Of a stretch of DNA of 64,000 nucleotides, positions 44,748 to 57,554 are shown piece by piece; positions within the stretch are counted from its first letter, which is position 1; each line of letters starts with the position of its first letter. Under the pieces are notes generated by a model. That model was not told where the DNA came from. It was given only the letters and a program-made list of their open reading frames with translations, and searched no databases. The position numbers were made by a program, and so were the translations under genes. The DNA comes from Cyanidioschyzon merolae (lineage: Eukaryota), in the NCBI GenBank assembly GCA_000091205.1, contig AP006500.2. The stretch is one strand, 5' to 3'.

Positions 44748-46510
44748 ACACCTACATCAGAGGAACGAAGGACTCTTGAAAAACGCAATCCATACATCGC
44801 TTTCGCTACGCATGTGTTCGTGGGGTTACCATACAAGCTCGGTGCGCTTGAGGCAGCGTCGTCGCTTGGCTATGGTCAGGTGTTTCCGTCTATCCAGCAT
44901 CGCTCATCTTCTAAAGCCGGTACAGCGACGCAGGAACGTTCTCTGTTTCATCGCTCGGCACGTATCGTGAACCGGTACAGAGGGCTCCTTTCGATCTCCT
45001 GCTTCATCATCTGCGCCAGGTGCTGTACCAGTCGATCACGGACCGCGGTTTGGCGATCGACTTGACGAGTACGCTGGGTGCTGCAGGTGCAAGCGCACGC
45101 TATGCCGATCGCTCGAAACGACTTGTGGAGTGCGGTACTGTCCAGTATGACTCGAGTACCATACGAAAAACCCAGACCGGTGCCGCAGTCGAGATATCAG
45201 CTCGATCCGTTGGGGCTCTGGTCGGGCGGAGGAGTCACGCGCGCTCCACTGGAAGCGAACGTTGCGAGACCGCTCGCGTCCAAGAAGTTTTTTTTTTGCC
45301 TAGGACCAGAAGAGACCGGGGCCTCGCTGGGACCACAATTGCTCGTGAACGGTTCATGTTGCCGTGGAGTGTCGTTTCGTTGATGTCCATAAAAAGAAGG
45401 CGATCTTTCGTTCTAGCGAAATCGATCATTTGACGTGACAAGCTCCGTGACCATTCGGTATACGCTGGTGAGCAAGTCGTCGAAAGCACGACGTCGTCGA
45501 CGTGCTATGCTCGTCTTTCGAGTAGTGCGAACTGGTGTGCCCGCGAGTTGCCTTGAATCAGGAAAAACGAAAACGTGAAAAATGTCTGATTTCAGCATGC
45601 CATACGGACGGAGATGAGAGGAACAGGGGATTCTGCGCCTGCACTGGATCCCGGTATCGATTACCTTGCGAATGCTTCTTCCGTTGCGTTCCGGATCATG
45701 TTGATTCTGTTGACGACGACGGGAACTCTAGCGCCAAACAGTCTACGAAGCCACATCGAAAAGAAGACCGTGCATCCTGAAGCGACATGCGAGTCCGCAA
45801 GGCCTTGCTCTTCTGCTGCGCTTCGAAATTCGGCACAATGCATATACGAGGGAACACCTCGGAGAACGTCGACGAACAGGTCCAGATCTAGCTGTCCAGT
45901 GTTCCAGTTCAAGCTGAAACTGGTGTCGTGATGCTGGGGCATGGACGGCGAGTCAACCGCTGTCGCACGGCTCGCGGAGGACGCACCCAGGCAACCGCTA
46001 TTGTCGTCCTCGTAACGATGCTGGCACGCTGGAACGCATCGGATGCGTATCGGTAAGCACGAGCACCGGTCGCTACCCGGAATTCAGAACAGGAGTGGCG
46101 TATTCACGAAGCATACGTCGTTTCACAGCATTGATCGTGTACCGCGCACACACATACACAAGCGATCCACGAGTCGGGAGCAGAACGTTACGCCCTGATA
46201 CCCTGAGCTCCTGGTCATTTGCGCGCTTGCGGTAGCGCTCGACGTGACACACGAGGCCGGCGGAAACCTCACGGGAGTGCAGAGCGAAACGAGATGCCAA
46301 AGCGCGCTTACGAAGCATCCCGCACGTCTTGAACCGAGTATCGACACGCGTGACCCAGCGTCGTGCGTATTCTCCCGCTCGGTGCAGCATGACAGCTGCT
46401 CCCAGCGATACCGAAAAACGTCATGCACTCGGCGATGCCTGGTTAGGAGCGACATCCTCGAGAAAGAAAGGCGCTGAACGCAGTCGTAGCATGCCGCCTC
46501 TGGTGTTGGT

Positions 46511-49308
46511 TCAGAGGTTTAGACGTTCACTCACGTCGCTGCTGCGCCACCATACTTGCCCGTAAAACTCCCATGACGCCAGTACCAGTCGATCTGTACC
46601 TGAACTATTTCGCAGAGCTCGTAAGCGAATGTAGCGCAGCAATGGTGCCTGAGCAGCAGCACCGGCAGCATCAGAAGCACCAGCAGCACCAACAGCACCA
46701 GCAGCAGCAGCACCAGCAACGGCAGCTTCAGAAGCACCAGCAGCAGCGCCCCGCTTGTCATGCGGATGCACACCAGTCCACGCTCTGCTTGGCTTGTTCG
46801 GCACTGCGCCCAGCGACCAGACAGCGAACGCATGTGGACTTGTCAGCCGTTCATCGTGGTGCTGGTGCTGGAGCACTACCCAGGGCAACCCATGGGTGGC
46901 GTTCGTTTGCCGTATCCGCTGCGACGATGTCGACGGTGCTGAGCAAGCGCAGGCGACCTGCGTAGGTCCACCGGCTTGAGTGTGCGCCTTGTCAAGCTTC
47001 TGATTCTCGAAATCGACATGATCGTTGTCGTCGGGTCTGCCTTCAAGAATCCATTCACGCAGGTATTCACCATCGCGCTCATCATGACGTAAAGCGTAAT
47101 GCGTCAAGCGAACGCGACGCAAAGCACCCAAGTCAATAGAGACCCATGCAGTGTCATTGTCATTGTCATTGTCGTTCGACTCTTGCAGAGCGGTCACTGG
47201 TCCCGTCTGTGTTATCGAACCGCTGTGCTGTCGCGCAGCACGCCCAGAAGAAAGCGTCGCACGATCCACGTCGTCGTCGTTGTCGTCGTATACAGGCAAC
47301 GAACGTCTGGCTGGCTCCTTGGTCCGCCTCGGAGCGACAAAGCTATGGGCAGCACGCCCCAGATGATCGCAGAGTAGTTCGCAGTTCAGGTTCAGTAACG
47401 AGGAAGCGGTGATGCGCACCATACCAGTTCGATGCGGATTTCTCCACACGCGTCCCTGGGGAAGCGTCCCGAGAAACGACAGGATACCATTGGCTTCTGT
47501 TCCCGGTAGATATCGCACAAAGACGTGCTGCCAGTTTCGTCCGTCTGGTGGCATATTCACTGGATCGCGACTCCATGGCGACGGTTGGAGTACTGAACAA
47601 GCCACGGCTAGCGACACGTGTTCGTCCACGAATGTGTCCAGCTGCGGCGGCACACAAACTCTCGGCCTATAGAACAGATGATCCTCGTCAATGAGTTCGA
47701 GGCTCGGCAAGCAATGCTCGTCGATTTCGTGTCGTTCGATATGGTGCTCCAGACTCGAAACATCGGCAGCTGCTGCGAATGCACAAGCCCATTCCAAAAG
47801 CATATTCGCTCGCTTTGCAGCGGCGTCGGCAGCAGGCCCTACCGCAGATGCTGCTGTCCCCGGTGATCCCATGAGTACCAGCTGCTCGGGTGTGTCGACT
47901 TTCGTGCACGTTGGTGCCTGGGCGCGCGTGTCGAGCCACTGCTGCAGTAGCACGAGCGATGCCTCAGGTCGATTCCAGAACGAAAGCATACCAAGGAGGC
48001 AGTACAAGTCCAGACGCTGCAGTGTCGCCTCGACAAGGGCGTTGGGATCCTCTGGCGGTGTCGAGGTGCTCGAGGCCGAAGCGCACGCTGCACCTCTACT
48101 CTGGCCTTCGAGGATGCCGGTCTGCACCTCCGCGGGTACCCAGGGAGGTACTGGCACGCTCGCTTCCTGTTCGTCGGGCGACGCAGGAGAATGCCACTGT
48201 GGTGACACGTTTTGTTCGGCACTTGGTACCGACGGGCGCGCGTCTGCCGTACTCGCACAACAGTGACTGGTATCGCAACTGCTCTCGCTGCTGCTGCCGC
48301 TGCTGCTGCTACTGCTGCCCGTCATGTCGGTTTGCATCAGGTCCCAGCAGTGATCCAGTGAACGCGCCATCGCTTCCCAGGCGGTGAGGAGCATATCCGA
48401 ACGACTCAGTCGCAGAGCTGTCTCCGCGACAGCTGCAGTCCACGGCAAGTGATGCTCACTCAATGTGCGCATATGGTGCACCAGTGCTCGGGCTGCTTCG
48501 CATTCAAGGTGATCCCATTGAAAAGTATCAGCGAAACAGAGCAGCGCTAGGGCCTGTTCCGGAGTCCAGTGCTCTCGATACGGGGTTTTCGCTTCTCCGG
48601 GGTATCGTTCGAGGAACTGCAGCGCGGTGCGCAGACACCCTGCCGACACGCTAGGTAGCATGATGCCACACAGAGGGTCCGGCTGCTTTACCACCGTTTC
48701 CGATTCGGGTGGTGCCCCAGCACCGGGGCATGTGCTGGTGAGTGATCGGCTCTCTCGCATGCCCGAGGTCTCGAGAAGTGCCCGAAATACCGGCGACACG
48801 GCGATGAGCTGCTGCCGTGGCGCCCATACGGGTACCCACTCGCCAGGCACGTCACTGGTGTTGGTGTTGATGTGCTGCTTCGTTCCGTGGTGACTGCTAG
48901 TGCTGCTGTTACTGTTCTTACGATTCTTAATGCTTTCATCTGTGTTTCTCAGTGCGAGTGCTTCGAGCTCCACTGACAATTTTCTCGGTGATCGATTTGC
49001 TGGAGCGGGCACAGCACCCGTCGTCCACGCAGGCACGTACACGGCATCCTTGGCACACCAGAAGAGCACCAGGTCGCTGCTCGATCGATGCTGGGATGCT
49101 TTCTGGCCCGTGCCGTTCTCTGCATCTCCCTGATCAGGTATTGGCGGGCGTGTTGTTGAGCGCAGGGGTCCAGCCTGCCGACGAAGGCTCGCGTCTTGTG
49201 CACGTGAAGGCAGCGGGCTCGTCGCGTGCTCGCAGCGCACCCGAGCCTGCGCACTGCCATGAACGCCGTCTCCGAGCGCTGTTGTAGAGCCTTCTTCTTC
49301 CTCTTGTT

Positions 49309-49339
<31 letters not shown>

Positions 49340-50071
49340 TATCCACGGTAGCAGCCGAACCTGCGGCAGATGCAGGACATCGACTCGATAGAAGATGACC
49401 GCGGTGTCCCAGCAAGAGAAGCCAATCCATTGAATGGGGCATGATTCGGTGAAAGCGTCCAGCACGCTTCCCGTAGCAACTGTTGTCGTTTGCTCACGCC
49501 GCATTCGCCGGTAATGGAGGTGAGACGACTCGCCCGGCCAACCGAGACCAGCGGCAACATATTCCGGCGAGAGCGCGACCCAGTAGCGTTGCCGACTTTG
49601 TCCATTGAGGAACTCTTGTGAGAGCGGGGCGATATCTCTTCCTGCATTGGTGAACGGGCCACCAGTCGCTACAGAATGCCCGGGAAAAGGCAAAGCAGCT
49701 CCACGGGGTCCAGCATGTGACTCCTGGCTCGCATTGCGTCCCAGTGCAGGACGCTCATATATGTACTCTTGGCGGACAACGCCATGCTCCCGAAGAAGCG
49801 TTCGCGTCCGTCGATGGCTTTGAAAGGATATCTCGAAGCAGGCTCGCGAGCCTTGTGCCTGTGTCTCGACCCGCGAGTCCGCATCGACACCAGTTGAGCG
49901 GTGACAGAGCAGACAAACAATGTCGTGGTCGCCGGCAGCCTCGAACACCACCAGGCCGAGGTTCGGCACCCTCAGGCGATGGGAGGTGAGCCAAACCGGC
50001 CGACCGCGACGGTTTACCAACGCAAAGGCTCCATCAGGATACGTTACCACCGTCGACGAGGAAGCCGGCAT
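46511..50071 (-). CDS. BTB/POZ-domain protein with C-terminal galactose-binding/discoidin-like domain
   Basis: BTB-like segment: LIAVSPVFRALLETSGM...IMLPSVSAGCLRTALQFLE. C-terminal pattern: AWVSIDLGALRRVRLTHYALRHDERDGEYLREWILEGRPDD...RYIRLRALRNSSGTDRLVLASWEFYG. ATG at 50069-50071. Confidence 0.65.
49309..49339. repeat. (CAG)10 microsatellite inside the BTB gene (encodes poly-Ala on the minus strand)
   Basis: cagcagcag... read directly. It corresponds to AAAAAAAAAAA in the protein. Confidence 0.9.
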
Positions 50072-50269
50072 TCACCACCGTGATGCGAGGAGCGTGCGGG
50101 CACGGCGTTTCTCACACGGTGGAGCGCCCCCAGCCCAGCTTTGCCACTCGCGTTTTGCTCTCTGTACCAGATCATGTACGCGTAGAGCGTACAGTTGAAA
50201 AGAGACCCGCCTCGTAACAAGGAATTCGAAGAACGGCTCGTAAACTCCAAGCGAGACAGCGTCGAGCAC

Positions 50270-50293
50270 ACAGACAGACAGACAGACAGACAG
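50270..50293. repeat. (ACAG)6 microsatellite
   Basis: acagacagacagacagacagacag read directly. Confidence 0.9.
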
Positions 50294-51053
50294 CGCAGCG
50301 TTGACAGTAGCTGCCAGACGCTGCACCAGAGGACACCTGGTTCCACAACCAGGAGCAACTCAGTCAGGGCCCAAGACCCTGTACGGGTACCGGAACAGCG
50401 TACTACACAGCGCTCGTAGCGTTGTGGAAATCCGTAGTGACACAGCGGCAGCAGCAGTACTGATAGTTCACCAGGTGTCGAGGTACGTTCCGTAGAGGGC
50501 TCGTCTGTACCTGGGGGCTCCACCGCCGCACCGTTTCCCGAGCCAGTCAGTCGAGTCACTCTCGGCGAAAGCGCACAAATCGTGCGATTCTACCAGCAAG
50601 AACGCGTGTCGTAGCAGGCAACCCTACGACACCAGTCACTGTTCAGGCTGGTCCAACGCTCGAGCGCCAACACCTCCTCGATTAGCCTTTCACGCTCCGC
50701 TCCGCTACGACAAGACAAGCTACGCGCTCACAAGTCGGGAACCGTTGACCCGTAGGTATCGTGACTCGTGTCCCAAGGCAGTCCCTCACTGAACCGAAAC
50801 TGATCAGGCTACTCCCTGTCAGTGTTCTTGTTTTACGTCTGAGAAGCACTGTGACTTTTTCGCCTGTAACGCAGTCCCCGCGGTACCGGTACCGGGGCTT
50901 CGCTGCAGCGGCCGATGCTCCCCTGCCCGGTTACGACGCTGAACGCTAAACGCTTCATGCACAAGGCTACCATCGTTACTTTCGAGCCCTAACAAGTATT
51001 TCGGGGTGTATTCTCTGCAAGACGAGAGTCACTGCGTAACCGACATCGATGCG

Positions 51054-51962
51054 ATGAACGGCAGTTACGCTCTGGAAGCGCTTGACAGTGAGCGTCGTTG
51101 GATGAAGCGTTCGGAACTGGTGGACTGCAGCCTGGCGGTGCTTGTCGGATGGGTGCTCCCCCTTGTCCTCGATCGATACATACCGCCTCGGGTCACTGCA
51201 GTAGCGTTGGAAGATCCCAGCGTTCAACTTCCGAAACGGGCAGAGCTGGTCCCGGCGCCGCTGCTGCTCCTTTTTGCCTACGTGGCTCCAGTGGGGATGC
51301 TTTGGTGGCAGCAGCAGCAGCAGCAGCAGCGGCTGCGCGAGTCGTTTGGAAACGGCTTCAGATCGAAGGGCGGCACCTTGCTGGATCTTTTAACGGGCGT
51401 TATCGAGGCCAATGGCCTGACACTGCTCGCTACCGTCGTACTGAAGCTGCTGATCGGAAAACCGCGTCCCTACTTTGCACAAGTCTGTGGGCAGTACCTG
51501 GACCCCGTCCTGCGTCACGAGTGTGCCGGTGACCCGTGGCAGGTACGTGAAGCGCGCAAGTCGTTCCCGTCTGGACATGCCGCTTTAGCTTTCAGTGGTG
51601 TCATGCACTGGCAGTGCTGCATCTGGTATCTCGGCATACCGCTGCCCTGGTTCGAGGCATTGCCCAGCGTAACCATGGTTCATTTGCTTTTACGCTTGCT
51701 GCCGTGGACCGGGGCGACCCTGGTTGCGGCCTCACGCGTTCTCGATCATCACCATGACGTGGTTGACGTGCTAGGAGGAGCAGTGCTGGGTTGTGCATTG
51801 TCGCACTTGGTGACCATGAACCGGTTCCTCCGACTCGAGGGACGCGTACCTGGACATCAGAGTACCGCGTCGACGGTTGGTGCACGAAGGACTGCATCCG
51901 CATCGGAGATGGAAGCGATACAGGTTTCCGAGACGACGTCCATTCCTGACGCTGTCGTCTAG
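51054..51962 (+). CDS. PAP2-family lipid phosphate phosphatase
   Basis: The three PAP2 motifs are KLLIGKPRPYF, SFPSGHAA and SRVLDHHHDVVDVLGG, with several hydrophobic segments. The first ATG is at 51054 (track start is GTG 51006). Confidence 0.85.
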   Translation: MNGSYALEALDSERRWMKRSELVDCSLAVLVGWVLPLVLDRYIPPRVTAVALEDPSVQLPKRAELVPAPLLLLFAYVAPVGMLWWQQQQQQQRLRESFGNGFRSKGGTLLDLLTGVIEANGLTLLATVVLKLLIGKPRPYFAQVCGQYLDPVLRHECAGDPWQVREARKSFPSGHAALAFSGVMHWQCCIWYLGIPLPWFEALPSVTMVHLLLRLLPWTGATLVAASRVLDHHHDVVDVLGGAVLGCALSHLVTMNRFLRLEGRVPGHQSTASTVGARRTASASEMEAIQVSETTSIPDAVV

Positions 51963-52467
51963 GGCAGCAGGCCTGTAACCAACCGGTGTTTACCCACGAT
52001 ACGTTGCTCTGGGTTCGTCTGGGAGCACGGTGTGGTGAATTCGAGTCGGCGGCTTGCATGTTTCATGCTAAAGAACATTGAGCTGTGGAATAATTGTCCA
52101 TGACTATCAATTGTGGATACGGAGAATCTATGAGGCATCCACACTACTGATCAATCTATGCATTGATCCGTCTCCACCGCTCTACCTGTCTATCGATGGA
52201 TCGCTTCGGGGCAAGCGCCAAGGCGAAGTGCATCGCCTGGAGCGCCGACGGACGCATTGGTAGAACACCAAAACGCATCTAGACTGCTCATCAGTGATAG
52301 AGGAGAAGGCGTGGAGCCCAGTGCTCGTCGAACATGCAATGCTGCCGCACACCAGTGCGTTCACGATAACCCTGCCTCCTCTGGTGCGCTTCTTCCATAG
52401 GCAGCGCCGCGCCTTTGCATACGTTGTGCACAAGGCGTGCTCGATAGCCTCGCTCGACACCGATGCC

Positions 52468-52509
52468 CATCATTCATTCATTCATTCATTCATTCGTTCG
52501 TTCGTTCAT
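52468..52509. repeat. (CATT)n(CGTT)n microsatellite
   Basis: catcattcattcattcattcattcattcgttcgttcgttcat read directly. Confidence 0.9.
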
Positions 52510-52897
52510 CCAGCATGATCTTTGTACATCATCATGCTGGAGATCGGTTTTTCCGTTGGCAACGATTACGGCCTGGCTGCACTCTACCGCGTTACAGCAG
52601 TTCAAGCGGACCTGCAACGCGTGTATCGAGAGAAACGGGGCCAGTGGCCCTCTGCATACACTGTATCGACCTTGTCGATGTCGATGCCGCCACCCGCACG
52701 GTATCTTTGCGGCTGTATGGCGCCCACAGGTAGCCAAGCAGGGCGTCGCTGCGTCGCAGAGCCTTGCTCCCACGCGACTGCAAAGCAAAAGCATGTGTAT
52801 GAATGTGTGTCTGTGTCCAGAGATGTTTTACGAATGCGTACGACCAGCATGATGTGTCCCGCTGCTTCCGCTCATACGGCATGCGCGTTTCAGAGCG

Positions 52898-55657
52898 TTA
52901 TCGATCGTAGCCGTGCACCTGTGCCGCCACCGCATCCAACAGCAGAGAACGCATGCGCTCCTGGTGCTGTCGCAGCGTCGACACTGCCGCCCGCACCGTC
53001 TGAAAGCCGAAACGAGCAACCGCATGACAAAGCACTGCCTGCATGGTCTCTGGAAGCAAGCGCTCCGTTCTCGTCGTCAATGTACTCTTACCGGAATCAT
53101 CGGTATGCTCAACCAAGTATTGCCAGATGTGATCCAGGGCTTGCACAACGGCAGGCGCCTCGCCGTGCTCTGTCTGCAAGGCCGCCAAACGAAACCAGAC
53201 GGTAAGCGTTGGCGTCTGAGCCCGCTCTGCAACACCGAGGCAGATACGGTAGGCGCGCTCTGCCATCTCTGGTCGACCGAGTCGCTCGGCCAGTTCACCA
53301 CGTCGAAGCCAATCCACTGGTGCACGTCGTGTTTCGGTAATCAACAATGATTCAGAGACCAGCGCTGGAGATGCAGCACGCTCGGCATTCTCCGCAGCCG
53401 TCGTTTCGTTCGAATGCAGAGACTCATAGAGCGTGGATTCTTCGTGTTGCCAAATCGACCAGGCTCTCAGGTCCTCATACAAGCAATGAATCAGCATATC
53501 CAACCACGCCGTGCAGAGCGCTTTGCTGAGCGCAGCAGGGTGCACCTGACGCCGCGCGTCCGCCAGTGTCAGGGTTGCTTTGGGTTCGCCTTGTTGGTGG
53601 CCGTCCAGGTCGCTTTGGGTAGCGCCAAGCGGTCCAGTGCCCGTGCTGTGTACTTGTGTTTCGGTTGCTGGTTCGCGTCTTGAAGACAACGAGATCGTCT
53701 GCAGGGACGGCTCTTCAGCGTTGTCCGTACTTGAGTGCTGCGGAGGGGATTCGTGTGGCGGTGCGGGGCGAGCCTCGGCAGATGCCGTCGACAACTCGAG
53801 AGCTCCAGTACCAGCCGACTCCAAAGGCAATACATCCGACTCCATGATAAAGACTCGATTGCGAATGAGAAGGAACTCATCCCAACCGATTTGGTTGACG
53901 ATCTTCACCAGGATATCGAATGCTTCCCGCTCCTCCGGGCTGAGTACACTCGCTGTGAGATCACCCAGCAGGCGATCGGCGTGGTGTTGCTCACGACCCT
54001 TGCCAAAGGCGCCTGCTCCTATACGTTCCTCCGAGAGGCGACGCGCCAGTACTCGAACACCGTCGGTTCCGGCTGCAAAGCCCGGACGAGGCTGTGTCAA
54101 CTGCCGCATCTTGCTTGTTTTCCCCTCAATCCCAGGGCTTGAATCGGGTGCTGTCACCTGCCTCAGAAACCAGTCCATCTGCGGCGGTTCCACATCTGCT
54201 ATATTCAACGAGCGGAGCGCGGACTCATACTCCCCAGTTTGTACATAGAGGCGCGCGAGCAGGAAACAGGCGAGACGTCCAAGTTCACCTGGTGCAGCGA
54301 TCCGAACGTTGGCGCTCTCTTCGTCGCTTGCTTCGACGGCATCAGTCGTATTCAGGTGCTTGGTGCGTTCCTCTTGAGCAGCTGCTCCAGTAGCCGATGA
54401 TTCTGGAGACGTGTGCGTACCGAAGCACTCCGGAATCACCGTACCCTGGATGCGATCCGTAGCTTCGATCAGGTTGCCAAGCTCGAGCTCACATTCCGCG
54501 AGCGTCAGTTCGAGCAGCAGTCGATCGATACCAGGAAGTTCGGCGCAAGCTGCCTGATCCAAAAGCAGCTCTTCCAGCTTTTTCTGAGCAATCTGATGTT
54601 GGCGCTGGCCCATCAACGATCGAGCGACGTAGAGCACGAGTGCCGGCTCGTGGCATGACGTCGCGAGCGTCTGGAAGAAATCCTGAGCGGCCTGATAACG
54701 AGCGTAACGTGCGAAATACTCCCAAACGCCCTCAGCGATGATAGAGCAGGTCGCCGTCGCCTGGGCAGCGTCAACAAAGCGAGAGCCTGCCAGCTTCCAT
54801 TGTGGCAAAGTACGCGCCGCAGCGTCGAGGAAGAGTTGTTCCGCGTTCCACGCTACATCCAACGTAGCAACAACTTTGAGAGCTGGATAGAGGGGATGCT
54901 CACCAGTTGCTTTCACAGAGCGGAGAACAGCACTGACGAAGAGCTGTGCCCATTGGTTCTCGTCATCTTGAGTGTCGGCGACTTGTCGCGTAGCAGGTTG
55001 CCCATTCTCGTTTGCAACGCTTTGGTGGAACGGCTCCGGACCTCTCAGTCGTTTAACCTGCGTACACCCAGGAAAGCGTGCCTCGACAACGGTATCTTCG
55101 TTGGTGAAACAGTTGTAAGCCAGGCAGGCAGCTCGATCGATCCGATAGCTTCCAGTAGCGTACCACGAGGCGCCCTCGAGACCGTGCTTCACGAGGGAGC
55201 CCAGATAGCTCGCTGCGTCCGCAGGTGTTCGATGCCATATCCCGCGAACGAAGTGAAACCAAGCAGCCAGCTGTGCTCCACGACTTTTGAGATCTCCGGA
55301 CGTTACCTCCATGGCTAGGGAGTCTGGGGTGCTCGTTGCCGGCACTTCGGCACCGGCACCGCTAGAAATGTTCACTTTGGTGCTGTTTGCACGCCCGTCG
55401 CTTCCGCTCGCAAGCACAGTCCTCCAGCTTTTGTAAACGACACATAGATCAGGTGGCCCCAGCGTACGCCGGAAAGTCGGTAAGAGTACCTGACGTACGC
55501 GTATCGAGCGCGCTACCCAGAGGTCTTCGTTCAACGTCGACGCGGCGTCATGTGTTGCAGTTCCTGTGTTTGCGTCAACGCCTGCCAGCACCGCTTCGTG
55601 CACACCAACAAACGGATCCGACACTTCAACGGTACCACGAATGGTTTCCGTCGTCAT
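52898..55657 (-). CDS. TPR-containing protein, ChAPs (Chs5-Arf1-binding, exomer cargo-adaptor)-like
   Basis: The N-terminal pattern is TLGPPDLCVVY...ASWYATGSYRIDRAACLAYNCF. It resembles the Bch1/Bud7 pattern IGPPDLIHC...FYITGIDASS...TFNIF as I recall it. TPR-like helices (LARLYVQTGEYESALRSLN). The first ATG is at 55655-55657 (track start is TTG 55699). Confidence 0.55.
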   Translation of the reverse strand: MTTETIRGTVEVSDPFVGVHEAVLAGVDANTGTATHDAASTLNEDLWVARSIRVRQVLLPTFRRTLGPPDLCVVYKSWRTVLASGSDGRANSTKVNISSGAGAEVPATSTPDSLAMEVTSGDLKSRGAQLAAWFHFVRGIWHRTPADAASYLGSLVKHGLEGASWYATGSYRIDRAACLAYNCFTNEDTVVEARFPGCTQVKRLRGPEPFHQSVANENGQPATRQVADTQDDENQWAQLFVSAVLRSVKATGEHPLYPALKVVATLDVAWNAEQLFLDAAARTLPQWKLAGSRFVDAAQATATCSIIAEGVWEYFARYARYQAAQDFFQTLATSCHEPALVLYVARSLMGQRQHQIAQKKLEELLLDQAACAELPGIDRLLLELTLAECELELGNLIEATDRIQGTVIPECFGTHTSPESSATGAAAQEERTKHLNTTDAVEASDEESANVRIAAPGELGRLACFLLARLYVQTGEYESALRSLNIADVEPPQMDWFLRQVTAPDSSPGIEGKTSKMRQLTQPRPGFAAGTDGVRVLARRLSEERIGAGAFGKGREQHHADRLLGDLTASVLSPEEREAFDILVKIVNQIGWDEFLLIRNRVFIMESDVLPLESAGTGALELSTASAEARPAPPHESPPQHSSTDNAEEPSLQTISLSSRREPATETQVHSTGTGPLGATQSDLDGHQQGEPKATLTLADARRQVHPAALSKALCTAWLDMLIHCLYEDLRAWSIWQHEESTLYESLHSNETTAAENAERAASPALVSESLLITETRRAPVDWLRRGELAERLGRPEMAERAYRICLGVAERAQTPTLTVWFRLAALQTEHGEAPAVVQALDHIWQYLVEHTDDSGKSTLTTRTERLLPETMQAVLCHAVARFGFQTVRAAVSTLRQHQERMRSLLLDAVAAQVHGYDR

Positions 55658-57554
55658 CAAGGTCCGGACTGACGTATAACCGCTGTACACGAACACCAAT
55701 ACCGAGCAGTTAGGCCCGTACCAAGCCGCGTGGTATGCCGAGTCACGAGCACAGCTGCTATTGCGCTCGTCTACGACGACATCGTCTACATCCTGTGGAT
55801 GCTACTCAGAACTGGTGCATCGTTCGTGCGTTCGTTCTATGTCGATTTTCGACTAGATGGGAATGGGTTCCCAAACCAAACACGAGGCTACACACGAAAG
55901 TTCGCGTCTCTTCCCAGTGTCATGAGCGTTGGAATCTGCAGCCTGTTTTTGCTTGTGCGACTGCTTCCGTTTCCTGTGTCTCTGATTTCCGCCTTGAACG
56001 ACGCCTGCCTCTTCTGTGCTTCGAGATCGGTGATCAGCAGTCATTGGATATTGATGATGGCGTTCAAATCCCGATATCGGTGCTTTGGATTGTTGCCGAC
56101 GCATTTCATGCACAAGCGGTCGATACGAAATGCGCTTGGCTTGCCACTTTCATCCGCTTGGTAGACCGTCCTGTACGCCAGTTGCAACGGTGACACTTGG
56201 TTGTGTTCTGGGATACCTGTATGCCAACTGCAGCTTCGCTTAGTGAGGTCGCCCTATGGCTTGTGTGAACGTTCGCATCATCGCCGGTCACATGTCCTTG
56301 ACGAGCTCCGAGGGATGCCTCTGACGTTCGCATCAGACTCCGCACTCGGTATCGTGTCCTGGGATCAGCGGCTTCTTCTTCGTGGTCTTGTCTGCGAGTT
56401 TACGTTATAGAGCGCCCGCCGGTGCACGATGTTCCAATCGATCGAGGATTTGTGGAAGGCGCGTTGTTGTCCCTGATGAAACAGGAATCAAAAAGGAAAA
56501 TTCCAGGATGGAGAAGTGGAGAGCGTCTGATCCATCTGCGATTCCTTCAAGCAAGGCGGTGACAGTCGCTCCACTTGTCGAGATCGCTACGATGACTCGA
56601 ATCCGAATCCAACACCATTATCCATGCAAACGGAAGCACCGGGAGTCTCTGGAAGCATATCCAGATAGAGGACTCATGCAGACGCGGAATGCCGTCGCCT
56701 CCATGACCGCAAAGAGAGCAGTTTTTGTGTTTGGAATGGCATGTTTTACTTGACAGTTTCTTTGAACATTGTGTAGGAGCTTGCGCGAGAATCACCAACG
56801 CACGACCTAGCGTACTTCTCCTTGTCGATCCAGAGGCGCTCATCGTTGCACCATTCGCTTACGTTGATGCACAAAAATCTAAAACTTGGAGAATGCCAGA
56901 TTTTGAAGCATGCTGCACGCAAGGCAAGCAGAAGAAAAGAGACCTGCAGGTACGCATTGGATAAGGACATGGGAGAGGCTACGAGCCCGTGTTCAAGAGC
57001 GTCGCGATTGATCCTGACTCCATCGATCGAACATGTTGCAGCGGCAGAGCGTCTAAGGAACGCCCTGGAAAGGACGACTGAGAATTCTTGTAACCCACGT
57101 ATGAATCCAAAATTGATTGTGACTGCAAACAGATGTTCAATGCTCAGTCTCGAAAAAAGTTCGGAAAAAAACCGAAACGCACGAACGAATCGATCAGGTT
57201 CGAATACCACGTTCATTGGACTAGGGCGTCGCAGGGACGTTCGCTCGACAAGCGCCTCACCGCCACTGCAACTGGTAGCTAGCTAGGTATTCCTTCGAGA
57301 TCAAAGGCGGAATCGCTTATCATTGTGTGGACGGAAACAACTGAGCACGCCACGGGAGACTTCTGGTACGGAATCTGGGAACTCGCTCAGCGCTTCGTTT
57401 CGGGGAAGCGAGCAAGGCACGACCCCAGCCTCCTGCTCGCTGCAGCGAAGTCGTGTGCCCAGGATCGTATCACGCTACGACTCGCTCTGTAAATTTCCTG
57501 CATCGAAACAGTGCGTCGTTTCAAGCGGTTCACAGGACGCTGTCAGTCACCAGA

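Noticed and set aside
57185-57205. tRNA-like T-loop sequence caggttcgaatacc (also ggttcgagc at 22362 and ggttcaaac at 39601)
   Set aside because: The flanking bases cannot form a T-stem or an acceptor stem, and no cloverleaf can be drawn.
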